Part shown: positions 28,915 through 36,517 of the stretch, piece by piece
Position numbering within the stretch: position 1 is the first letter of the stretch
Layout: every line of letters starts with the position of its first letter
Origin: Gemmatimonadales bacterium
Lineage (GTDB): Bacteria; Gemmatimonadota; Gemmatimonadetes; Gemmatimonadales; GWC2-71-9
DNA: 49,565 nt
Assembly: GCA_036259315.1 (NCBI GenBank)
Contig: DATABZ010000336.1
Span: forward strand, 1-49,565
Direction: 5' to 3'
Program-made: the position numbers and the translations under genes
Notes under the pieces: model-generated
Told to the model about the DNA's origin: nothing
Seen by the model: only the letters and a program-made list of their open reading frames with translations
The model's database searches: none

Positions 28915-30750
28915 ATGCCCAGAGTCCCGCTGGCTGCCGGTGCGCTGCTCGTCGTGCTCGCCTGTGCGGACGGACGCCCCGCTGCGCCTGCCGCGGGCGC
29001 CGACGACCGCCCATCTCGACAGTCGCTCGGTGCGGCTGCGGCATCCACAGACAGCGTCGGCGCCGCCGGTGGTCAGTGGACCACCGCGGCCGGCGATTAC
29101 GCGAACACGCGGTTCAGCGGACTGAGCCAGATCACCACGGAGAACGTCAAGAACCTGAAGGTCTCCTGGACGTTCTCCACCGGAGTGCTCCGCGGCCAGG
29201 AGGCGGCACCGCTGGTGGTCGGGCAGACGATGTACGTGGTCACCCCCTTCCCCAACATCCTGCACGCGCTCGACCTCGCCAATCCCGGCACCACCCGCTG
29301 GTCCTTCGAACCGAAACCGCTCTCCGCGGCCCAGGGCGTCGCCTGCTGCGACGTGGTGAACCGGGGCGCGGCCTACGCGGATGGGCGGGTGTTCTTCAAC
29401 ACGCTCGACAATCACACGGTCGCCGTGGATGCGGAGACGGGGAAGGAGATCTGGCGGACGAAGCTGGGAGAGATCAATCGCGGCGAGACGATGACGATGG
29501 CGCCGCTGGTCGTGAAGGGGAAGGTGCTGGTGGGGAACAGCGGCGGTGAGATGGGTGTGCGCGGCTGGCTCACCGCGCTCGATGCCGCGACGGGCCGCGT
29601 GGTCTGGCGAGCCTACAGCACGGGGCCGGACACGGAGGTGTTGTTGGGAGACCGGTTCAAGCCGTTCTACCCCGCGGACCGGCAGCCGGATCTGGGCGTG
29701 AAGAGCTGGCCGGGCGACGCCTGGAAAACAGGTGGCGGGAACGTCTGGGGGTTCGTCTCGTACGATCCCGACCTCGACCTCGTCTACTACGGGACGGCCA
29801 ACCCGGGCCCCTGGAACCCCGAGGTGCGGCCGGGCGACAACAAGTGGACCTCGTCGGTGTTCGCTCGCGACCCGGACGACGGGCAGGGGGTGTGGGCCTA
29901 TCAGTGGAGCCCGCACGACCTGTTCGACCACGACGGCATCAACGAGAACGTGCTGCTCGACCTCGAGTGGCGGGGCGGGCCGCGGAAGGTGCTGGTTCAC
30001 GCGGAGCGGAACGGATACGTCTACGTCCTCGACCGCACCACGGGCGAGGTGCTGTCGGCGGAGCCCTTCCACTTCATCACGGCGTACCGCGGGGTGGATC
30101 TCCGCACGGGCCGCCTGCGCGTCGTGGAGGAGAAGAAGCCGACGACCGGCGTGGTGGTCCGCATGATCTGCCCCAGCGCCCCGGGCGCCAAGGATTGGCA
30201 GCCGATGGCGTGGTCGCCGCGCACGAGACTGCTCTACATCCCCCACCAGAATCTCTGCATGGACTTCGAGGCGACCGAGGCGAACTACATCGCGGGAACA
30301 CCGTATGTCGGCGCGAACGTGAAGTACTACGCTGGTCCGGGTGGGCACCGGGGGGAGCTCTCGGCCTGGGACCCCGTGGCGGCGAAGGAGACCTGGACGA
30401 TCAAGGAGCGGTTCCCGGTGTGGAGCGGCACGCTCGCGACCGGGGGCGACGTGGTGTTCTACGGCACCATGGACGGGTACTTCAAGGCGGTGGACGCGCG
30501 CACCGGCGCGGAGCTGTGGCGCTTCAAGACCGGATCGGGAATCATCGGTCAACCCGTGACCTACCTCGGTCCGGACGGGAAGCAGTACGTCGCAATCCTC
30601 GCCGGGGTCGGCGGCTGGTCCGGCGCGATCGTAGCGGCCGGGCTCGACCCGCGGGACTCCACCGCGGGGAACGGGTTCGCGAACGCGATGCGGGACCTGC
30701 CGCAATACACCACCAAGGGCGGCATGCTCTATGTCTTCGGGCTTCCGTAG
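28915..30750 (+). CDS. xoxF: PQQ-dependent alcohol/methanol dehydrogenase, XoxF-like (copy 1)
   Basis: 611 aa. Vicinal Cys pair GVACCDVVNRGAAYADGRVFF; eight-bladed propeller W-motifs; GNSGGEMGVRGW; PHDLFDHDGINE with a DxD signature (D338/D340 precursor numbering). GAGG RBS 4 nt upstream of the ATG. Confidence 0.88.
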   Translation: MPRVPLAAGALLVVLACADGRPAAPAAGADDRPSRQSLGAAAASTDSVGAAGGQWTTAAGDYANTRFSGLSQITTENVKNLKVSWTFSTGVLRGQEAAPLVVGQTMYVVTPFPNILHALDLANPGTTRWSFEPKPLSAAQGVACCDVVNRGAAYADGRVFFNTLDNHTVAVDAETGKEIWRTKLGEINRGETMTMAPLVVKGKVLVGNSGGEMGVRGWLTALDAATGRVVWRAYSTGPDTEVLLGDRFKPFYPADRQPDLGVKSWPGDAWKTGGGNVWGFVSYDPDLDLVYYGTANPGPWNPEVRPGDNKWTSSVFARDPDDGQGVWAYQWSPHDLFDHDGINENVLLDLEWRGGPRKVLVHAERNGYVYVLDRTTGEVLSAEPFHFITAYRGVDLRTGRLRVVEEKKPTTGVVVRMICPSAPGAKDWQPMAWSPRTRLLYIPHQNLCMDFEATEANYIAGTPYVGANVKYYAGPGGHRGELSAWDPVAAKETWTIKERFPVWSGTLATGGDVVFYGTMDGYFKAVDARTGAELWRFKTGSGIIGQPVTYLGPDGKQYVAILAGVGGWSGAIVAAGLDPRDSTAGNGFANAMRDLPQYTTKGGMLYVFGLP

Positions 30751-31330
30751 CGGTCGGAGCAGCACTCGTAGGCTCTGCGGCAGCGGCGGGGGCGGGCTGC
30801 TCCTGGCCGTCGTGCTCGTGGCCGGCCTGGGGTGCGAGCGCGAGACGAGGCGATTCCGGGAGGTGCCGCCTACGGCGACGCCGGGCAGCGCGCTGCGCCT
30901 CAGCTCGCTCAATCCGGGGCCGCCGGTGCCGGACCCCACGATCCGGAGCGCCTACGCGGAGAACGCCTACGCGGTCTCCGAGGGGAAGCGGCTGTACACC
31001 CAGTTCAACTGCGTGGGCTGCCACGCAATGGGCGGCGGTGCGATGGGCCCGCCGCTGATGGACGACGAGTGGATCTACGGCGCCGAGCCGGAGAACATCT
31101 TCGCCACCATCGTGCAGGGCCGGCCCAATGGGATGCCCGCCTTCGGCTCCAGGCTCTCCACCAATCAGGTGTGGCAGCTCGCGGCCTACGTGCGCTCGAT
31201 GAGCGGGCTCCTGCGCAAGGACGTGGCCCCCGGCAGGGCGGACGCGATGCAGGCCAAGGCCCAGGAGCAGGCGACGACCGAGCAGCGCCCGGTGGAATCC
31301 ACCGTTCCCCCCAAGTCGGAGCGTCCGTGA
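30731..31330 (+). CDS. class I c-type cytochrome, membrane-tethered (XoxG-like role inferred)
   Basis: 199 aa; hydrophobic N-terminus ending ...VAGLGC; heme motif CVGCH; GRPNGMPAFG (Met ligand region). 20-bp overlap with xoxF copy 1. Paralog of 41567..42103. Confidence 0.75.
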   Translation: MSSGFRSGRSSTRRLCGSGGGGLLLAVVLVAGLGCERETRRFREVPPTATPGSALRLSSLNPGPPVPDPTIRSAYAENAYAVSEGKRLYTQFNCVGCHAMGGGAMGPPLMDDEWIYGAEPENIFATIVQGRPNGMPAFGSRLSTNQVWQLAAYVRSMSGLLRKDVAPGRADAMQAKAQEQATTEQRPVESTVPPKSERP

Positions 31331-32286
31331 CGCAGTTCCCGGGCGCGCACTCGGCGCATGCTCCGGCCGGGCCGCAGGCGCTGATGCTCGACCGGCTGGG
31401 CGAGCTGTTGTACGGGATCGCCGCGGTCGTGTTCGTGCTGGTGGTGGCGGCGCTGCTGGTAGCCGCGTTCCGCCGGCGCCGCGCGGGGGAGGAGATGGAG
31501 AGTCCGGCGCGCGAGCGCCGGATGGCGATGGCCGTCGCGATCGCCGCAGGGGCTACCGTGGCCACGCTGATCACCGTTCTGTTCCTCAGCTTCGGTACCG
31601 GGAAGCAGCTGACCGGGACCGCGCCGCCCGACGCGATTCAGATCCGCGTCACCGGCCGGCAGTGGTTCTGGGACGTGGAGTACCGGGACTCCCTGCCGCA
31701 ACGGTGGGCGACCACGGCAAACGAGATCCACGTGCCGGTGGGGCGTCCCGTCGTGTTCCAGCTGCGCTCGTCGGACGTGATTCACAGCTTCTGGGTGCCC
31801 AATCTCGGGGTGAAGCGCGACATGATTCCGGGCCAGGAGACCAGTATCTGGTTCCAGGCCGACACGCCCGGCGTTTACCGCGGCCAGTGCGCCGAGTTCT
31901 GTGGCTACCAGCACGCCAAGATGGCGTTCCTGATCGTGGCGGAGCCGCCGGACCGGTTCGCCGCCTGGCTCGACCGCCAGCGCGATACCGCCCGGACCCC
32001 GACCGACTCGCTCGCGCGTCGCGGTCAGGAGGTCTTCCTCGCCTCGACTTGCGTGATGTGTCACGCCATCGGCGGGACCCCGGCCGGAAGCCGGGTGGGC
32101 CCCAACCTGACCCATCTCGCGAGCCGCCGGACCATCGCCGCCGGCACGCTGCCCAATACCCGCGGACACCTGGCCGGCTGGATCGTGGACCCGCAGCAGA
32201 TCAAACCCGGCGTCCGGATGCCGCCCAACGCTCTGTCCCCGGACGACCTCCAGGCCCTGCTCGCCTACCTCGAGAGCCTCGAATGA
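31327..32286 (+). CDS. ctaC: cytochrome c oxidase subunit II with C-terminal cytochrome c domain (caa3-type)
   Basis: GTG 31327 overlaps the upstream stop (GTGA); alternative ATG at 31384. Two TM helices. CuA motif HSFWVP...CAEFCGYQHAKM; C-terminal heme motif CVMCH and PGVRMPP. Confidence 0.85.
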   Translation: MTQFPGAHSAHAPAGPQALMLDRLGELLYGIAAVVFVLVVAALLVAAFRRRRAGEEMESPARERRMAMAVAIAAGATVATLITVLFLSFGTGKQLTGTAPPDAIQIRVTGRQWFWDVEYRDSLPQRWATTANEIHVPVGRPVVFQLRSSDVIHSFWVPNLGVKRDMIPGQETSIWFQADTPGVYRGQCAEFCGYQHAKMAFLIVAEPPDRFAAWLDRQRDTARTPTDSLARRGQEVFLASTCVMCHAIGGTPAGSRVGPNLTHLASRRTIAAGTLPNTRGHLAGWIVDPQQIKPGVRMPPNALSPDDLQALLAYLESLE

Positions 32287-34232
32287 GGCCCGACACGGCC
32301 ACGGCGCCGGAAGTCATCACGGTCAACCCGCTCGATCCCGCGACCCTGGAACGGGAGCGGCGGGAGCTGGAGCGCTCGTGGCGGGCCGAGCCGGGACTCT
32401 GGGGCTGGCTCACCAATGTGGACCACAAGTCGGTCGCCCTGCGCTACATCGTCACCGCGTTCGCGTTCTTCCTGCTGGGTGGCGTCGAGGCGGCGCTGAT
32501 GCGGATGCAGCTCGCCCGTCCCGAGAACCAGCTGCTCGGGCCCGACGAATACAGCCAGATCTTCTCCACCCACGGCACCACGATGATGTTCCTCTTCGCG
32601 GTGCCCATCGTGATGGCCGTCGGGCTGTACCTGGTCCCCCTCATGATCGGCACGAGGAACGTCGCCTTCCCGCGGCTCAACCTCTACGGCTATTACGTCT
32701 ACCTGATCGGCGGGGTGCTGCTCTACACCGGCCTCCTGCTGAACACGGGGCCCGAGGCCGGATGGTTCAACTACGTGCCGCTGTCGGGCCCGGAGTTCTC
32801 GCCCGGCAAGCGCAGCGACGTCTACGCCCAGACGGTCACCTTCACCGAGATCTCCGCATTGATCACGTCGGTGGAGATCATCGTGACCGTGTTCAAGCAG
32901 CGCGCGCCGGGCATGTCGCTCAACCGGATGCCGCTGTTCGTCTGGGCCCAGCTGGTCACGGCGTTCATGGTGATGTTCGCCATGCCGTGGGTCGCGACCG
33001 CGAGCATGTTCCTGGCCATGGACCGCCTGATCGGGACCCACCTGTTCAACCCGGCGGAGGGAGGGGACCCGCTGCTCTGGCAGCACCTCTTCTGGTTCTT
33101 CGGGCACCCCGAGGTGTACATCATCTTCGTGCCCGCGCTCGGGTTCGTCTCCAGCATCGTGTCCGCCTTCACCGGCCGGCCGATCTTCGGCTATCCGGTC
33201 ATGGTCCTCGCGCTCGTGGTCACGGGCTTTCTGAGCTTCGGGCTCTGGGTCCACCACATGTTCGCCACCGGTATCCCCCAGCTGAGCGAGAGCTTCTTCA
33301 GCGCGGTGAGCATGATGATCGCGATCCCCACCGGGGTGCAGATCTTCTGCTGGACCGCGACGATCTGGTCGGGCCGGCCGCGCTTCACCGTCCCGTTCCT
33401 CTTCGTGCTCGGCTTCGTGGTCGTGTTCATCATCGGCGGCTTCACGGGAGTGATGGTCGCCTCGGTGCCCTACGACGTGCAGGCGCACGACAGCTATTTC
33501 GTCGTGGCGCACCTCCACTACGTGCTGTTGGGGGGCATGGTGTTCCCACTCTTCGGCGCGGCCTACTTCTGGCTGCCGAAGGTGACCGGGCGCATGCTGG
33601 ACGAGCACCTGGGCCGCTGGCACTTCGCGCTCTTCTTCATCGGGGTGAACCTGACCTTCTTCCCGATGCACCAGCTCGGTCTCGACGGCATGACCCGGCG
33701 GGTCTACACCTACCTGCCGGAGACGGGCTGGGGCACGCTGAATTTGGTGGCCACGCTCGGCGCGCTCACGATCGCCGCGAGCGTGGCCGTGTTCCTGGTC
33801 AACCTGGTGCGGAGCCGGCGCGCCGGCGTGCCCGCGGGGGACGACCCCTGGGGCGGGCCGGACCTGGAGTGGGCCACGAGCTCGCCGCCGGCGCCGTACA
33901 ACTTCCACCTCATCCCGACGGTGCAGAGCCGCACCCCGCTGTGGAAGCGGGAGCCGGACGCGCCGGTCGTGACCGGACTCCGCACCGACATGCGCGAGAT
34001 CCTGGTGACGACGATGCTGGACGCCGAGCCCGACAACCGGATGCGGCTGCCGGAGCCCAGCATCTGGCCGCTGCTGGCGGCACTCGCGACGGGCGTCACG
34101 TTCATCACCCTGATCTTCACGCCGTGGGGGCTGCCGGTCGGGGCCGTGCTGATCACCATCGCGTTCACCGGCTGGGGCTGGCCGAGCGGAAAGGAGCACG
34201 AGCTACAGGTGCGGGAGGAGCGGGAGGGATGA
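32283..34232 (+). CDS. ctaD: cytochrome c oxidase subunit I (A1-type), with a 2-helix C-terminal extension
   Basis: ATGA overlap with ctaC. WLTNVDHKSVALRY, IFSTHGTTMMFLF, LFWFFGHPEVYIIF (His-Tyr and Glu motif), GLWVHHMF, HDSYFVVAHLHYVL. 649 aa; the last ~100 aa add two TM helices. Confidence 0.92.
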   Translation: MRPDTATAPEVITVNPLDPATLERERRELERSWRAEPGLWGWLTNVDHKSVALRYIVTAFAFFLLGGVEAALMRMQLARPENQLLGPDEYSQIFSTHGTTMMFLFAVPIVMAVGLYLVPLMIGTRNVAFPRLNLYGYYVYLIGGVLLYTGLLLNTGPEAGWFNYVPLSGPEFSPGKRSDVYAQTVTFTEISALITSVEIIVTVFKQRAPGMSLNRMPLFVWAQLVTAFMVMFAMPWVATASMFLAMDRLIGTHLFNPAEGGDPLLWQHLFWFFGHPEVYIIFVPALGFVSSIVSAFTGRPIFGYPVMVLALVVTGFLSFGLWVHHMFATGIPQLSESFFSAVSMMIAIPTGVQIFCWTATIWSGRPRFTVPFLFVLGFVVVFIIGGFTGVMVASVPYDVQAHDSYFVVAHLHYVLLGGMVFPLFGAAYFWLPKVTGRMLDEHLGRWHFALFFIGVNLTFFPMHQLGLDGMTRRVYTYLPETGWGTLNLVATLGALTIAASVAVFLVNLVRSRRAGVPAGDDPWGGPDLEWATSSPPAPYNFHLIPTVQSRTPLWKREPDAPVVTGLRTDMREILVTTMLDAEPDNRMRLPEPSIWPLLAALATGVTFITLIFTPWGLPVGAVLITIAFTGWGWPSGKEHELQVREEREG

Positions 34233-34837
34233 CGGCGCCGACCCGCGCGCTCGACGTCTCGAAGCTGCCTTCCACGGTCTTCGACCACCGGAGCCACATG
34301 TGGTGGGGCACGCTCGGCTTCATGCTGATCGAGGGCACCACGCTCTTCGTCTGCATCGCGAGCTACTTCTACCTCCGGCTGAACTTCACGGTGTGGCCAC
34401 CGGAGCACACGCTTCGGCCCGCGCTCTTCTGGCCTACGGTCCACGTGATCGTTCTGCTCGCCAGTGCGGTGCCGATCACTCTGGCGGATCGGGCCGCGCG
34501 GCGACTGGATTTGCCGGAGATGCGCCGCTGGTTCGTGATCGCCTCCCTGTTCGCCGTCTCGTTCCTGTTCCTGCGGTGGCAGGACTTCCTCGCCCTGAAC
34601 GTGCGCTGGGACGCCAATGCTTACGGCTCGATCGCCTGGGCGGCGGCGGGGTTCCACGGCACCATCCTGCTGCTCCAGGTCGTGGAGACGCTGATCTTCA
34701 CCGTATTCCTCTTCAGCAAAGATTTCGAGGAGAAGCACTTCTCCGACGCGAGCGACACCGCCTTCTACTGGTACTTCTTCGTGGGCAGCTGGATCCCGAT
34801 CTACCTAACGCTCTACCTGAGCCCCCGACTGCTATGA
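34229..34837 (+). CDS. ctaE: cytochrome c oxidase subunit III-like (5-TM form)
   Basis: ATGA overlap with ctaD. 202 aa; HMWWGTLGFMLIEGTTLF...; five predicted TM helices. Aligns by eye to the C-terminal third of the fused subunit I/III at 43041..45593. Confidence 0.75.
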   Translation: MTAPTRALDVSKLPSTVFDHRSHMWWGTLGFMLIEGTTLFVCIASYFYLRLNFTVWPPEHTLRPALFWPTVHVIVLLASAVPITLADRAARRLDLPEMRRWFVIASLFAVSFLFLRWQDFLALNVRWDANAYGSIAWAAAGFHGTILLLQVVETLIFTVFLFSKDFEEKHFSDASDTAFYWYFFVGSWIPIYLTLYLSPRLL

Positions 34838-34850
34838 GGCCGCTGCGGAG

Positions 34851-35225
34851 ATGACCACCGACACCAGCGCACCACTCGCGGACGGCACCAGGATCGGCGC
34901 CCTGTGGACCGCCAACCTGCTGGGGCCGCTCGCCGTGCTGATCGGGCTCGAGATCGCCTACATCTTCGCCGACCGCGCCTGCGTGACCGGCGACATGCTG
35001 CCGGTGCATCTGACCTGGCTCGCGAGCCTGCTCGCGTCGGGGCTCGCCGGGTGGCTCGGCTGGCGCGAGTGGCGGCGGTGGGGCGGCAGTCATGCCGGTG
35101 AGGACGCGGGGCTCGGGGGACGCAGCCGATTCCTGGCGCTGATGGGGATGCTCCTGAGCGCGGTGGCCGCCCTGGTCATCGCGGCGCAGTGGTCCGCCGC
35201 CTTCGTCTTCCATCCCTGCCAGTGA
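34851..35225 (+). CDS. small 3-TM membrane protein with conserved Cys residues, oxidase-associated, uncharacterised
   Basis: 124 aa, hydrophobic. Shares the WREWRR motif, Cys positions and gene position with 45601..46008. Confidence 0.55.
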   Translation: MTTDTSAPLADGTRIGALWTANLLGPLAVLIGLEIAYIFADRACVTGDMLPVHLTWLASLLASGLAGWLGWREWRRWGGSHAGEDAGLGGRSRFLALMGMLLSAVAALVIAAQWSAAFVFHPCQ

Positions 35226-35227
35226 CC

Positions 35228-36469
35228 ATGCTCGCGCTCCTCCTCCACGAAGGCGCACCGCTGGCGCCGCACGATCTCTGGAGCGCCTGGAGCTGGGAGC
35301 CGGCCGTGTTGGCCGGGCTCGGCGTCACCGCCCTGCTGTACGCGCGAGGAATGGCCCGTCTGAGGGCCCGCAGCGGCAGCCGGATGGCGGCGCGGCGGCG
35401 CGAGGCGGCGGCGTTCTGGTGCGGCTGGGTGGCGCTCGCCGTGGCCCTGGTGTCGCCGCTCCACCCGCTGGGCGAGGCGCTGCTCGCCGCGCACATGGCG
35501 CAGCACGAGCTGCTCATGGTGCTCGCCGCGCCGCTCCTCGTGTTGGGCCGGCCACTGGTGGTGTCGCTGTGGGGGCTCTCCCCGGGACCGCGCCGCGCCA
35601 TCGGCCGGTGGGTGGGCGGGCTGCGCTCCCTCTGGCGGCTGATCTCCCGGGTCGAGGTGGCCTGGCTGCTGCACGCCCTGGCCATCGTCGGATGGCACCT
35701 GCCCGTGCTGTATCAGGGGACGGTGGAGTCCGACCTGGTGCACAGCCTGCAGCACTCCAGCTTCCTGCTCACGGCGCTGCTCTTCTGGTGGTCCGTGCTG
35801 CCGGGCGCCACGCTCAGGGGCCGCCATGGGGCGGCCATCATGTCCCTCTTCGGCACCATGGTGTATACCGGCGGGATCGGCGCGCTGCTGACGTTCGGAC
35901 GCACCCTCTGGTACCCGGCGTACGGCGAGGCCGCCCCGCTCTGGGGGCTCACGCCCCTCGAGGACCAGCAGCTCGCAGGTCTGATCATGTGGGTGCCGGG
36001 CGGCCTGTCCTACCTGCTCGCCACCGTCTGGCTCACGATCGACTGGCTGCGAGTCTCCGAGGCGAGGGTCGTCAGGTCGGAGCGCGCCCGCTCGCGGGCG
36101 GCCGCCGCCGCGCTGCTGGTCGTCCTGGCTCTCGCCGCCTGCGAGCGCCCGCGCGCGCTCTCCGCGGAGGAGGCGGCGCAGGTGGTCGGCGGAGATCCCG
36201 AGCGGGGGGCGCTCGCCTTCCGGCGGTACGGCTGCGGGTCCTGCCACACGCTGGGCGGCGTGCCCGGTGCGAACGGGCTGGTGGGCCCGCCGCTGGGCGG
36301 AATCGGCGCCAGGACGTACGTCGCCGGGGTGCTGACCAACACACCCGAGAACCTGACACGGTGGATCCAGTCGCCCCAGGAGGTGGACTCGCTCACCGCG
36401 ATGCCCGACCTCGGCGTCAGCGCGGGCGAGGCCCGCGACATCGCGGCCTGGCTCTACACCCGGCGCTGA
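35228..36469 (+). CDS. ctaG: cytochrome c oxidase assembly factor CtaG (caa3_CtaG family) fused to a C-terminal cytochrome c domain
   Basis: Start ATG 35228. Multi-TM region with HMAQHELLMVLAAPLLVLG, GWHLPVLY and LQHSSFLLTALLFWW, typical of the CtaG/YcnJ-type membrane family. Then an internal TM/lipobox-like LLVVLALAAC and the heme motif CGSCH. Confidence 0.75.
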   Translation: MLALLLHEGAPLAPHDLWSAWSWEPAVLAGLGVTALLYARGMARLRARSGSRMAARRREAAAFWCGWVALAVALVSPLHPLGEALLAAHMAQHELLMVLAAPLLVLGRPLVVSLWGLSPGPRRAIGRWVGGLRSLWRLISRVEVAWLLHALAIVGWHLPVLYQGTVESDLVHSLQHSSFLLTALLFWWSVLPGATLRGRHGAAIMSLFGTMVYTGGIGALLTFGRTLWYPAYGEAAPLWGLTPLEDQQLAGLIMWVPGGLSYLLATVWLTIDWLRVSEARVVRSERARSRAAAAALLVVLALAACERPRALSAEEAAQVVGGDPERGALAFRRYGCGSCHTLGGVPGANGLVGPPLGGIGARTYVAGVLTNTPENLTRWIQSPQEVDSLTAMPDLGVSAGEARDIAAWLYTRR

Positions 36470-36517
36470 CGTGCCCCCGGTCACCGACCCTCTCGCGGGC
36501 GCCGCCCAGGATCCGTC

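Noticed and set aside
28756-30939. 727-aa minus-strand ORF; likewise 38656..40773 (705 aa), 35090..37309 (739 aa), 24057..25898 (613 aa), 22085..23776 (563 aa) and 14111..16549 (812 aa)
   Set aside because: All are antisense to genes with strong family signatures (xoxF, ctaG/AI-2E, hmgA/aacS, HKs). All show low-complexity Arg/Pro/Gly-rich translations, so they are high-GC shadow ORFs.
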